DNA from: an uncultured Actinomycetota bacterium
GTDB taxonomy: Bacteria; Actinomycetota; Actinomycetes; Mycobacteriales; QHCD01
Assembly: GCA_963775655.1 (NCBI GenBank)
Contig: CAVZJT010000007.1
Location: 320,846-384,845, forward strand
Length of the DNA stretch: 64,000 nucleotides
Reading direction: 5' to 3'
Position numbers and translations under genes: made by a program. The notes below the pieces were generated by a model. The model made no database searches and was not told the DNA's origin. It worked only from the letters and a program-made list of their open reading frames with translations. Positions 46,986-55,679 of this stretch are shown one piece after another (the stretch's first letter is position 1; each line of letters starts with the position of its first letter).

Positions 46986-48243
46986 GTGGATCCGGGGGTC
47001 GCGGCTGCGGTCGCGGACGCGCACCGTCGCGAGTGGGCATTCGTGCTCGCGGCGACGGTGCGCGTGACCCGGGATCTTGACCTGGCCGAGGAATGCGTGC
47101 AGGACGCCTACGCCCAGGCCCTGGTGACGTGGGGCGACCGGGGGATACCGGACAACTACGGGGGTTGGCTCACCACCGTCGCCCGGCGCAAGGCGCTGGA
47201 TCTCCTCCGCCGCGACGCGACGCTCCGACGCACCCTTCCGCTGCTGCTCGACGATCAGGTGGAGGCCGGCCCGGACGACGCCGCCTCGACCGAGCACGAG
47301 ATCGTCGACGACCGGCTGCGGCTGGTCTTCACCTGCTGTCACCCGGCGATCGCCCAGGAGGCGCAGGTCGCGCTGACCCTGCGCCTGCTCTGCGGACTGA
47401 CCACCGCGGAGGTCGCCCGTGCCTTCCTGGTCGGTACGCCGACCATGGCCGCCCGGCTCACCCGGGCCAAGAAGAAGATCGCGGCGGCCCGCATCCCCTA
47501 CCGGGTGCCGCCCGCCGAGGAACTGCCGGCCCGCATCGACTCGGTTCTCACCGTCGTACATCTGCTCTTTTCCACCGGCCACACCGCGCCCGCGGGCGCC
47601 GACCTGATCCGCCGCGACCTGGTCGAGCGCGCGCTCGACCTCGCGCGGATGCTCCGGACGCTGCTGCCCGCCGACCCCGACGTGGCCGGCCTGCTGGCGC
47701 TGATCCTGCTCACCGACGCGCGCCGCGCCGCCCGCATCGGCGATGACGGCCGCATGCTGCTGCTGGCCGAGCAGGATCGCACCCGCTGGGACCGGGGCGC
47801 GATCACCGAGGGCGTCGGCAATGGTGCGCGAAGCGCTCCGGAGCCGGCCACCCGGGCGGTTCGCGCTGATGGCCGCGATCGCCGCCGTGCATTCCGAGGC
47901 GCCCAGCTGGCCGGACACCGACTGGCGCGAGGTGGTGGCGCTCTACGACCTGCTGGTCGCGCTCTGGCCGTCCCCGGTCGTCGCGCTCAACCGGGCCGCC
48001 GCCGTCGGGCTCGCCGACGGACCCGCGGCCGGTCTCGCCGCGCTGGACGCACTCGCCAACGAGCCGCAACTCGCCGGCTACAGCTACCTCGCCGCGGCAC
48101 GGGCGGACTTCCTGCGCCGGCTCGACCGCCCCGGGGAGGCGAAAGAGGCCTACGAGGAGGCTCTGCTGCTGACCGAGAACGCCGTCGAACGGGAGTTCCT
48201 CACCGCGCGGGTCGACGAGCTCGACCGCAGCCGGCCCGATTAA
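46986..48243 (+). pseudogene. ECF-type sigma factor with long C-terminal extension (YciI-associated class), frame broken once (about 47812-47822)
   Basis: Region 2/4 motifs (..EECVQDAY..WLTTVARRKALDLLRR..LTTAEVARAF..TMAARLTRAKKKI) run up to ..DRGAITEGVG. The sequence continues in the next frame as MVREALRSRPPGRFALMAAIAAVH... The break behaves as one extra base. Confidence 0.7.
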
Positions 48244-48281
48244 CTGAGGTGACCGCCAGGACGGACATCCGCGACACTACG

Positions 48282-48954
48282 ATGATGATCTCGCAGCACT
48301 GGCCGCTCTTCGATCTCCGGCTCCGCACGCCCCGGCTGGAGTTGTGCGTGCCGTCGCTCGAGCAGCTGGGTGACGCTGGCGGACCTCGCCGTCGACGGCA
48401 TCCATGATCCGGGGTTCATGCCGTTCCTGCAGCCGTGGACCGACCAGCCGCCGCAGGAGCGCGCCCGGGGCACGCTGCAGTACCACTGGGGGCAGTGGGC
48501 CGCGTTGGTCTCCGGAGCGGTGGAGCCTCGAACTCGTCGTCGTTGCGGGACGGGTCGGTCGTCGGCACCCAGAGCGTGGGCGGCAACGAACTTCGCCGTG
48601 CTCCGCGAGGTCGGCACCGGCTCGTGGCTCGGCCGGAAGTTCCAAGGTGAGGGGATCGGCACCGAGATGCGGGCCGCCGTGCTGCACCTGGCCTTCGCCG
48701 GGCTCGGCGCGCAGTGGGCCTACTCCGGCGCGTTCGCCGACAACGCCGCGTCGCTCGGCGTCTCCCGCAAGCTCGGCTACGTCGAGAACGGGTACTCGCG
48801 TCAGGTACGGCGCGGCGAGCCCGCCGACGAGGTCGGGTTCCGGATGAGTCGCGCCGACTGGGAGAGCCACCGCCGTACGCCGGTGGAGATCGACGGGCTC
48901 GAACCGTGCCTGCCGATGTTCGGTCTCGACGGGGCCGAGGAGACGGCGCGGTAG
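48282..48954 (+). pseudogene. GNAT (RimJ/RimL-like) N-acetyltransferase with four frame breaks
   Basis: The conserved peptide can be followed through frames 0,1,2,0,1. The segments are MMISQHWPLFDLRLRTPRLEL.. / TLADLAVDG..YHWGQWAA / SPERWSLELVVV / RDGSVVGTQSVGGNE / [26 protein letters not shown]... The breaks lie near 48368, 48500, 48542 and 48589. Confidence 0.6.
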
Positions 48955-48992
48955 CCTCGCCGGGAGTTCGAGATCCCATGGCGGAGGTGCCG

Positions 48993-50078
48993 ATGAGCCA
49001 GCAAGTGCGTGGAGTCGTCGCTCGGAGCAAGGGCGCGGCGGTCACGACCGAGACGATCGTGATCCCCGACCCCGGCCCCGGCGAGGCCGTGGTGCGGGTG
49101 CAGGCGTGCGGTGTCTGTCACACCGACCTGCACTACCGCGAAGGCGCGATCACCGACGACTTCCCGTTCCTGCTCGGCCATGAGGCGGCCGGAATCGTCG
49201 AGACGGTGGGCGACGGCGTCGACACCGTCGCACCGGGCGACTACGTCGTCATCGCCTGGCGGGCGCCGTGCGGGCACTGCCGCGCCTGCCTGCGGGGCCG
49301 GCCGTGGTACTGCTTCGACAGCCTCAACGCCAAGCAGCCGATGACGCTCGCCGACGGCACACCGCTGACCGCCGCCCTCGGCATCGGCGCGTTCGCCGAC
49401 AAGACGCTCGTCGCGGCCAAGCAGTGCGTGCCGGTCGACCCGGCCGCGCGGCCCGAGGCGGCCGGCCTGGTCGGGTGCGGCGTGATGGCCGGCTACGGCG
49501 CCGCCGTCAACACCGGGGGAGTGCGGCAGGGCGACACCGTCGCGGTCATCGGCTGCGGCGGCGTCGGCGCGGCGGCCATCGCCGGGGCGTCGATCGCGGC
49601 CGCCCGCACGGTGATCGCGGTCGACGTCGACCAGGCCAAGCTCGAGACGGCCCGCAAGTTCGGCGCCACCCACACCGTCGACGCCGGGTCCGAGGACGTC
49701 GTGTCGCGTATCCGCGAACTCACCGGCGGCTTCGGCGCCGACGTCGTCGTGGAGGCGGTCGGCCGCCCGGAGACCTACAAGCAGGCCTTCCTCGCCCGCG
49801 ACCACGCCGGGACGCTCGTGCAGGTCGGCGTACCCGATCCGACAATGCGGGTCGACCTCGGCATGATCGATCTCTTCGGCCGCGGCGGTGCGCTGAAGTC
49901 GTCCTGGTACGGCGACTGCCTGCCCACCCGCGACTTCCCGACCTTGATCAACCTCTATCTCGCCGGCCGGCTCGACCTCGACGGCTTCGTCAGCGAGACG
50001 ATCGCCCTCGACGAGGTGGAACAGGCCTTCGACAAGATGAAGGGCGGCAAGGTGCTCCGCTCGGTCGTCGTGCTGTGA
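48993..50078 (+). CDS. mscR: S-(hydroxymethyl)mycothiol dehydrogenase (Zn-dependent class III ADH-like)
   Basis: Contains ..[24 protein letters not shown]....C... ATG 48993 follows GGAGG; 48978 is an alternative start. Confidence 0.8.
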   Translation: MSQQVRGVVARSKGAAVTTETIVIPDPGPGEAVVRVQACGVCHTDLHYREGAITDDFPFLLGHEAAGIVETVGDGVDTVAPGDYVVIAWRAPCGHCRACLRGRPWYCFDSLNAKQPMTLADGTPLTAALGIGAFADKTLVAAKQCVPVDPAARPEAAGLVGCGVMAGYGAAVNTGGVRQGDTVAVIGCGGVGAAAIAGASIAAARTVIAVDVDQAKLETARKFGATHTVDAGSEDVVSRIRELTGGFGADVVVEAVGRPETYKQAFLARDHAGTLVQVGVPDPTMRVDLGMIDLFGRGGALKSSWYGDCLPTRDFPTLINLYLAGRLDLDGFVSETIALDEVEQAFDKMKGGKVLRSVVVL

Positions 50079-50696
50079 TCCGCGCCGAACGCGTGGTGAC
50101 GTCGGGGATCTTCTCCCTGGACGGGCAGGACTTCGAGGTCGACAACAACGTCTGGCTGGTCGGCGACGACGATGAGGTCGTGGTGGTCGACGCCGCGCAC
50201 GACGCGGGCCCGATCCTCGACGCGATCGAGGACCGGCGGGTGCGGCTGATCGCCTGCACGCACGCGCACAACGACCACATCAACGCCGCGCGCGACGTGC
50301 AGGCGGCGACCCGGGCGCCGATCGCGGTGCATCCCGCCGACCGGATGCTCTGGGACGCCGTCTATCCGGATGCCGCGCCGGACGCCGATCTCAGCGACGG
50401 GCAGGAGATCCCGATCGCCGGGTCGACGCTGACCGTGCTGCACACCCCGGGCCACTCGCCGGGTTCGGTGAGCCTGCGCGGCGGGCGGCTGCTCTTCTCC
50501 GGCGACACGCTCTTCGCCGGCGGACCGGGCGCGACGGGCCGGTCGTACTCCGACTTCGACACGATCATCGCCTCGATCCAGGACCGGTTGCTCACACTGC
50601 CGCCGCGACACGATCGTGCACACCGGCCACGGCGACGACACGTCGATCGGCAGCGAGGCGCCGCACCTGGCCGACTGGATCGCCCGCGGCCACTGA
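50075..50696 (+). pseudogene. MBL-fold metallo-hydrolase (partner of mscR; S-formylmycothiol hydrolase-like), frame broken once (about 50600-50607)
   Basis: GTGA overlap with mscR. The sequence THAHNDH..HTPGHSPGS..SGDTLF runs up to ..IQDRLLTLPP. The conserved end DTIVHTGHGDDTSIGSEAPHLADWIARGH* is in the next frame. The break behaves as one extra base. Confidence 0.7.
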
Positions 50697-50720
50697 CCAG
50701 CGCCCGACCGCCCCCCGGCC

Positions 50721-50798
50721 TCCCCTCTTTCCATGATCGTGATCGGATCCGTACGGCGTTTCGCGGCTATTTCCGATCACGATCATGGAAAGGGGGGA
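50721..50798. repeat. Long palindrome, family 2 (27-nt arms, 1 mismatch)
   Basis: TCCCCTCTTTCCATGATCGTGATCGGA - 24 nt - TCCGATCACGATCATGGAAAGGGGGGA. The loop contains CCGTACGGCGTTTCG, the reverse complement of the loop core at 5548-5561. Confidence 0.85.
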
Positions 50799-50887
50799 CG
50801 GAATTTGGCGAAGGCGTATGGCGGGCCGGCGTCTCACGATGCGGGATGCCTTGTCCATTGCACGGATGCTGTGCGAGACTCGTCGGC

Positions 50888-50917
50888 GTGCACCACCCCG
50901 TGATCATTAGCACCTAG
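50888..50917 (+). CDS. Candidate cimA leader peptide (M)HHPVIIST
   Basis: GTG CAC CAC CCC GTG ATC ATT AGC ACC TAG. Alternative starts are ATG 50846 and GTG 50900. The stop context TAGCGCG is identical to that of the ilvB leader. Confidence 0.3.
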   Translation: MHHPVIIST

Positions 50918-50944
50918 CGCGCTTGCGACTTCCCGCTTGCGCGC

Positions 50945-50974
50945 AGACCTCCCGCACCCGCGGGAGGTCTTTTT
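50945..50974 (+). terminator. Intrinsic terminator / attenuator 22 nt upstream of the cimA start
   Basis: Perfect 11-bp stem AGACCTCCCGC-ACCC-GCGGGAGGTCT followed by TTTT. Confidence 0.65.
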
Positions 50975-50996
50975 CGTTGAAGGGGCTTCTGCCACC

Positions 50997-52577
50997 ATGA
51001 CTGACGATCGGTTCCACCTATTCGACACGACCTTGCGCGACGGGGCGCAGCGCGAGGGCATTTCGTATTCGGTGACCGACAAGCTCGCGGTCGCCCGGCT
51101 TCTCGACGAGCTCGGCGTCGGCTTCATCGAAGGCGGCTGGCCCGGGGCGATGCCGAAGGACACCGAGTTCTTCGCGCGGGCGGCCGGCGGCGAGCTCACC
51201 CTCCGCAACGCCCAACTGGTGGCCTTCGGCGCGACCAGGAAGGCCGGCGTGCCGGTCAAGGAGGACGCCCAGGTGCGGGCCCTGCTCGACGCCCAGACGC
51301 CGGTGGTCACCCTGGTCGCGAAGTCCGACGTACGCCACGTCACGAAGGCACTGCGGACGACGCTCGAGGAAAACCTCGCCATGGTCGCCGACACCGTCGC
51401 CTTCCTCGTCTCGGAGGGCCGCCGGGTATTCCTCGACTGCGAGCACTTCTTCGACGGGTACGCCGCCGACCACGACTACGGCGTGCAGGTGCTCGACGCG
51501 GCGTTCCGCGCCGGTGCCGACGTCGGCGTCCTCTGCGACACCAACGGCGGGATGCTGCCGATGGGGATCCACGACGTGGTCACCGAGGTGCTGCAGCGCA
51601 CGGGGGGCCGGATCGGGATCCACTGCCAGGACGACACCGCCTGTGCCGTCGCCAACACCCTCGCCGCGGTCGACGCGGGCGCCACGCACGCCCAGTGCAC
51701 CGCCAACGGCTACGGGGAGCGGGCCGGCAACGCCGACCTGTTCGGCGTAATGGGCGGACTGGTGATGAAGATGGGCTACGGCGACATCGTCCCCGACGGG
51801 TGCCTGTCGGAGATGGTCCGCGTGTCGCACGCGATCGCCGAGATCGCCAACATCGCACCCAACACCCACCAGGCCTACGTCGGCACCAGCGCCTTCGCGC
51901 ACAAGGCCGGCCTGCACGCCAGCGCGATCAAGGTGAGCCCGGAGCTCTACAACCACATGGAGCCGGAGCTGGTCGGCAACGACATGCGTGTGCTGGTCAC
52001 CGAGATGGCCGGGCGGGCGAGCGTCGAGCTCAAGGGCCGCGAGCTCGGGATCGACCTCGCCGGCCGGCCCGACACCGTCGGTCGGGTCGTCGACCGGGTC
52101 AAGGACCTCGAGGCCGGTGGCTGGTCCTTCGAGGCCGCCGACGCGTCGTTCGAGCTGATGGTCCGCGAGGAACTCGGCGAGCGCACCCGGCCGTTCACCG
52201 TCGAGTCGTATCGGGTGATCGTCGACCGCACCGCGGACGGCACGGTGGCCAGCGAGGCGACGGTGCGGCTCTACGCCAAGGGGGAGCGGGTCGTCGCCAC
52301 CGGCGAGGGCGCCGGGCCGGTCAACGCACTCGACCGGGCGCTGCGGTCGGCGCTCGAGCGGATCCACCCCGAGCTCGCCGGCCTGGAACTCGTCGACTAC
52401 AAGGTGCGCATCCTCGAAGGCCGGCACGGCAGCGACGCGGTCACCCGGGTCCTCGTCGGCACCGGCGACGGGGCGCAGGAATGGACGACGGTCGGCGTAC
52501 ACGAGAACGTCATCGAGGCGTCCTGGCTCGCCCTCGACGACGCGGTGCGCTACGGGTTGCTGCGCTCGTCGGTCTGA
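50997..52577 (+). CDS. cimA: Citramalate synthase (LeuA/CimA family)
   Basis: Contains ..LFDTTLRDGAQ.EG......K......LD.LGV..IEGGWPGA.PKD..FF.. and a C-terminal LeuA-dimer regulatory domain. 526 aa. Confidence 0.8.
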   Translation: MTDDRFHLFDTTLRDGAQREGISYSVTDKLAVARLLDELGVGFIEGGWPGAMPKDTEFFARAAGGELTLRNAQLVAFGATRKAGVPVKEDAQVRALLDAQTPVVTLVAKSDVRHVTKALRTTLEENLAMVADTVAFLVSEGRRVFLDCEHFFDGYAADHDYGVQVLDAAFRAGADVGVLCDTNGGMLPMGIHDVVTEVLQRTGGRIGIHCQDDTACAVANTLAAVDAGATHAQCTANGYGERAGNADLFGVMGGLVMKMGYGDIVPDGCLSEMVRVSHAIAEIANIAPNTHQAYVGTSAFAHKAGLHASAIKVSPELYNHMEPELVGNDMRVLVTEMAGRASVELKGRELGIDLAGRPDTVGRVVDRVKDLEAGGWSFEAADASFELMVREELGERTRPFTVESYRVIVDRTADGTVASEATVRLYAKGERVVATGEGAGPVNALDRALRSALERIHPELAGLELVDYKVRILEGRHGSDAVTRVLVGTGDGAQEWTTVGVHENVIEASWLALDDAVRYGLLRSSV

Positions 52578-52855
52578 TCGGCGCCGGCCGAGGCGCCGGC
52601 GGCGGCCTGCGCGCACGCTCCGGCGCCGCAGTTGCACCCGGCGCAGCCGGCCGGCGGCGCGGTGCGGGCGGCGGCAGCGGTGCGGGAGGCGACGGCGGGA
52701 AGCCGCGTGGTCGCGTAGCCGGCGAGCAGCCCGAGCAGCAGGAACGGGATCCCGAGCACCCGGGTGACGGTCGGGCCGCCGGTGGCCCACGGCAGGACAC
52801 CGGCGACGAGGAGTACGGCGGTCAGCGCGGCCAGGCGCAGGCGTGCGGCGGTCAC
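52550..52855 (-). CDS. Small membrane protein with cysteine-rich tail (GCAGCNCGAGAC)
   Basis: 101 codons with a GTG start, high GC3 and two TM helices. It overlaps the cimA 3' end by 28 nt. I recognise no family. Confidence 0.35.
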   Translation of the reverse strand: MTAARLRLAALTAVLLVAGVLPWATGGPTVTRVLGIPFLLLGLLAGYATTRLPAVASRTAAAARTAPPAGCAGCNCGAGACAQAAAGASAGADQTDERSNP

Positions 52856-52952
52856 CGGTCGACCTCGGGGGAGCCAGTCACCCGGTCAGTGTCCCAGCAT
52901 GCCGCCGGTAGGCTCGAAGCCGACCCCGTACCCCGCCCGTAGAGGAGTCGTC

Positions 52953-53735
52953 GTGCGCATCGCCCGGTTCGCCCACCCTGAGGGGTTCGCCTTCGGCGTG
53001 GTCGGTGCGGGTGACCCGGCGACCGACTCGCTGACCGTCGCCGAGGTGGCCGAGCACCCCTTCGGCCCGGTGTCGCTCACCGGACGGCAGTGGCCGCTGG
53101 CCGACGTCCGCCTGCTGGCGCCGATGCTGCCGACCAAGGTGGTCTGCATCGGGAAGAACTACGCCGACCACGTGCGCGAGATGGGCGGCGACGAGCCGCC
53201 CGCCGCGCCGGTCCTCTTCATCAAGCCGTCGACCTCGGTGGTCGGCCCCAACGACCCGATCCGGCTGCCGGCCGACGCCGGGCGGGTCGACTTCGAGGGC
53301 GAACTGGCCGCGGTGATCGGCGGTGTCGTCCGCGATGCGCCGGTCGAGAAGGCGCTCGACTCGGTCCTCGGCTACACCTGCGCCAACGACGTCACCGCCC
53401 GCGACCAGCAGCGCAGCGACGGCCAGTGGACCCGGGCCAAGGGCCACGACACCTTCTGCCCGCTCGGCCCGTGGGTCGAGACGACGGTCGACCCGGCCGA
53501 CCTCGCGCTCCGCACCACGCTCGACGGCGAGGAGCGGCAGAACTCGCGCACGTCGCTGCTGCTGCACGACGTCGCCGGCCTGGTGTCCTTCGTCTCCCAC
53601 GTCATGACGCTGCTGCCCGGCGACGTCGTCCTCACCGGTACGCCGGCCGGGGTCGGCCCGATGACGCCCGGCCAGACGGTCGCGGTGAGCATCGACGGGA
53701 TCGGCACGCTGAGCAATCCGGTGACGACCCGATGA
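52953..53735 (+). CDS. Fumarylacetoacetate hydrolase family protein (Rv2993c-like)
   Basis: AGAGGAG lies before the GTG. Contains ..KVVCIGKNYADH..FIKP.....DFEGELA.VIG..TCANDVTARD.Q..... Confidence 0.8.
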   Translation: MRIARFAHPEGFAFGVVGAGDPATDSLTVAEVAEHPFGPVSLTGRQWPLADVRLLAPMLPTKVVCIGKNYADHVREMGGDEPPAAPVLFIKPSTSVVGPNDPIRLPADAGRVDFEGELAAVIGGVVRDAPVEKALDSVLGYTCANDVTARDQQRSDGQWTRAKGHDTFCPLGPWVETTVDPADLALRTTLDGEERQNSRTSLLLHDVAGLVSFVSHVMTLLPGDVVLTGTPAGVGPMTPGQTVAVSIDGIGTLSNPVTTR

Positions 53736-55216
53736 GCGAGCGGGTCCGGGTCCGCTTCCCCCCGTCGCCGACCGGCGACCTCCACGTCGGCAACGTCCGC
53801 TCCGCGCTGTTCAACTACGCGTTCGCGCGGCACAACGGCGGTGCGTTCGTGCTGCGGATCGAGGACACCGACCTCGTCCGCAGCACCGAGGCGTCCTACC
53901 GCGGCCTGCTCGACGACCTGCGGTGGCTCGGCCTCGACTGGGACGAGGGACCCGAGGTCGGCGGACCCTACGGGCCCTACCGGCAGTCCGAGGCGAGCGG
54001 CCACTACGCCGACGTCGCCGCACGGCTGCTGGTGGCCGGTTTCGCCTACCCGTGCTACTGCACGCCGGCCGAGGTGGAGGCGCGGACGAAGGCGGCGGGG
54101 CGGCCGCCCGGCTACGACGGCCACTGCCGGGACCTCAGCGAGCAGCAGCGCGCGGCGTACGACGCCGAGGGTCGCCCGTCCGTGCTGCGCTTCCGGATGC
54201 CCGACGAGGCGATCGCGTTCACCGACCTGATCCGTGGTCCGGTCCGGTTCGAGCCCGAGCACGTGCCGGATTACGTGCTGGTCCGCAGCGACGGCTCCCC
54301 GCTCTACACCCTCACCAACCCGACCGACGACGCGATGCAGCGGATCAGCCATGTACTGCGCGGCGAGGACCTGCTCTCCTCGACTCCCCGCCAGATCCCG
54401 CTGCACCGCGCGCTTCGGGAGCTTGGCCTCACCGACGCGCCGATGCCGGAGTTCGGCCATCTGCCATTCGTGCTGGGTGAGGGCAACCAGCGGCTGTCGA
54501 AGCGCAAGACGCCGGAGGCGTCGCTGCAGTTCGTCCGGGAGCAGGGTTACCTGCCGGAGGCGGTCCTCAACTACCTCGCCCTGCTCGGGTGGTCCTTCGG
54601 CGACGACCGGGAGCTTTTCAGTCTCGAGGAGATGTGCCGCGGGTTCACCCTCGACCGGGTCAACGCCAATCCGGCCCGCTTCGACGTCCGCAAACTGCAG
54701 GCGATCAACGGGATCAAGGTGCGCGAGCTCTCCGCTGCCGACTTCATCGGGCGGATCGTCCCGTTCCTCGAGCGGGCCGAGCTGATCGCCAACCCGCCCA
54801 CCGACGCGCAGCGACAGGTGGTCGAGGAGGCGACGCCGCTGATCCAGGAACGCGTCAACCTGCTCACCGACGCCGTACCGATGCTCGACTTCCTGCTGGT
54901 CGACGAGGACAGCTTCGCGATCGACTCCGACGCGGCGGCCAAGCAGCTGCAGCCCGACACCCTGCCGACGCTGGAGGCGGCGCAGGCGGCGCTGGCCGGC
55001 GTCGACGAGTGGACCGCGGACGAGCTCCAGGAGGCGTTGCGTACGGCGCTCGTCGACGGGCTGGGCCTCAAGCCGCGTCGCGCCTTCGGTCCGGTCCGGG
55101 TCGCGGTGACCGGGCGCACCGTGTCACCGCCGTTGTTCGAGTCGATGCAGATCCTCGGCCGGCCCCGTACGACGCGGCGGTTGGGCGCGGCGATCGACGC
55201 GATGCGCGCGGAGTAA
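53732..55216 (+). CDS. gltX: Glutamate--tRNA ligase
   Basis: Contains RFPPSPTGDLHVGNVRSAL.. and ..KLSKRK-like LSKRK. ATGA overlap with the FAH gene. Confidence 0.9.
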   Translation: MSERVRVRFPPSPTGDLHVGNVRSALFNYAFARHNGGAFVLRIEDTDLVRSTEASYRGLLDDLRWLGLDWDEGPEVGGPYGPYRQSEASGHYADVAARLLVAGFAYPCYCTPAEVEARTKAAGRPPGYDGHCRDLSEQQRAAYDAEGRPSVLRFRMPDEAIAFTDLIRGPVRFEPEHVPDYVLVRSDGSPLYTLTNPTDDAMQRISHVLRGEDLLSSTPRQIPLHRALRELGLTDAPMPEFGHLPFVLGEGNQRLSKRKTPEASLQFVREQGYLPEAVLNYLALLGWSFGDDRELFSLEEMCRGFTLDRVNANPARFDVRKLQAINGIKVRELSAADFIGRIVPFLERAELIANPPTDAQRQVVEEATPLIQERVNLLTDAVPMLDFLLVDEDSFAIDSDAAAKQLQPDTLPTLEAAQAALAGVDEWTADELQEALRTALVDGLGLKPRRAFGPVRVAVTGRTVSPPLFESMQILGRPRTTRRLGAAIDAMRAE

Positions 55217-55302
55217 CCGGCTGCCACGGCGGGTTTGGGTGCGGGAATCGCCGTCCGGTATCGTCATGGCGGTACACGGCAGGGGAGCCGCCAGCCCCCA
55301 CG

Positions 55303-55374
55303 CCGGCAGCATTGGGGTATGGGGTAATTGGCAGCCCGACTGGTTCTGGTCCAGTTAGTCTAGGTTCGAGTCCT
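55303..55374 (+). tRNA. tRNA-Gln (CTG)
   Basis: A manual cloverleaf was built. The acceptor pairs TGGGGTA with TACCCCA. The anticodon stem is ACTGG/CCAGT with loop TTCTGGT. The T-arm is CTAGG-TTCGAGT-CCTGG. No CCA is encoded. Confidence 0.9.
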
Positions 55375-55396
55375 GGTACCCCAGCGCCGTTCACTG

Positions 55397-55469
55397 CATC
55401 ACCTAGGGCCCCGTCGTCTAGCGGCCTAGGACACCGCCCTCTCAAGGCGGCGGCGCCGGTTCGAATCCG
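55397..55469 (+). tRNA. tRNA-Glu (CTC)
   Basis: The acceptor pairs GGCCCCG with CGGGGCT. The anticodon stem is CCGCC/GGCGG with loop CTCTCAA. The T-arm is GCCGG-TTCGAAT-CCGGT. Confidence 0.9.
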
Positions 55470-55679
55470 GTCGGGGCTACCCTGCACGACCGCCCGTGTT
55501 TCCCAGCCGAGTCCCGGCGGGACGCGGGCATTTTCCGTATCCGGGGCCGGTTCGGCTCTCCCGGCCGCCGAGATCGTCCCGTAGTGCCGTTTTGCCCCAA
55601 AGGGCAGAACGGTCACCTAGCCTTACACTATGTCATCAACTAAATACTCAGCGTCACCAAACTCCGTCTGCGCGAGGCG

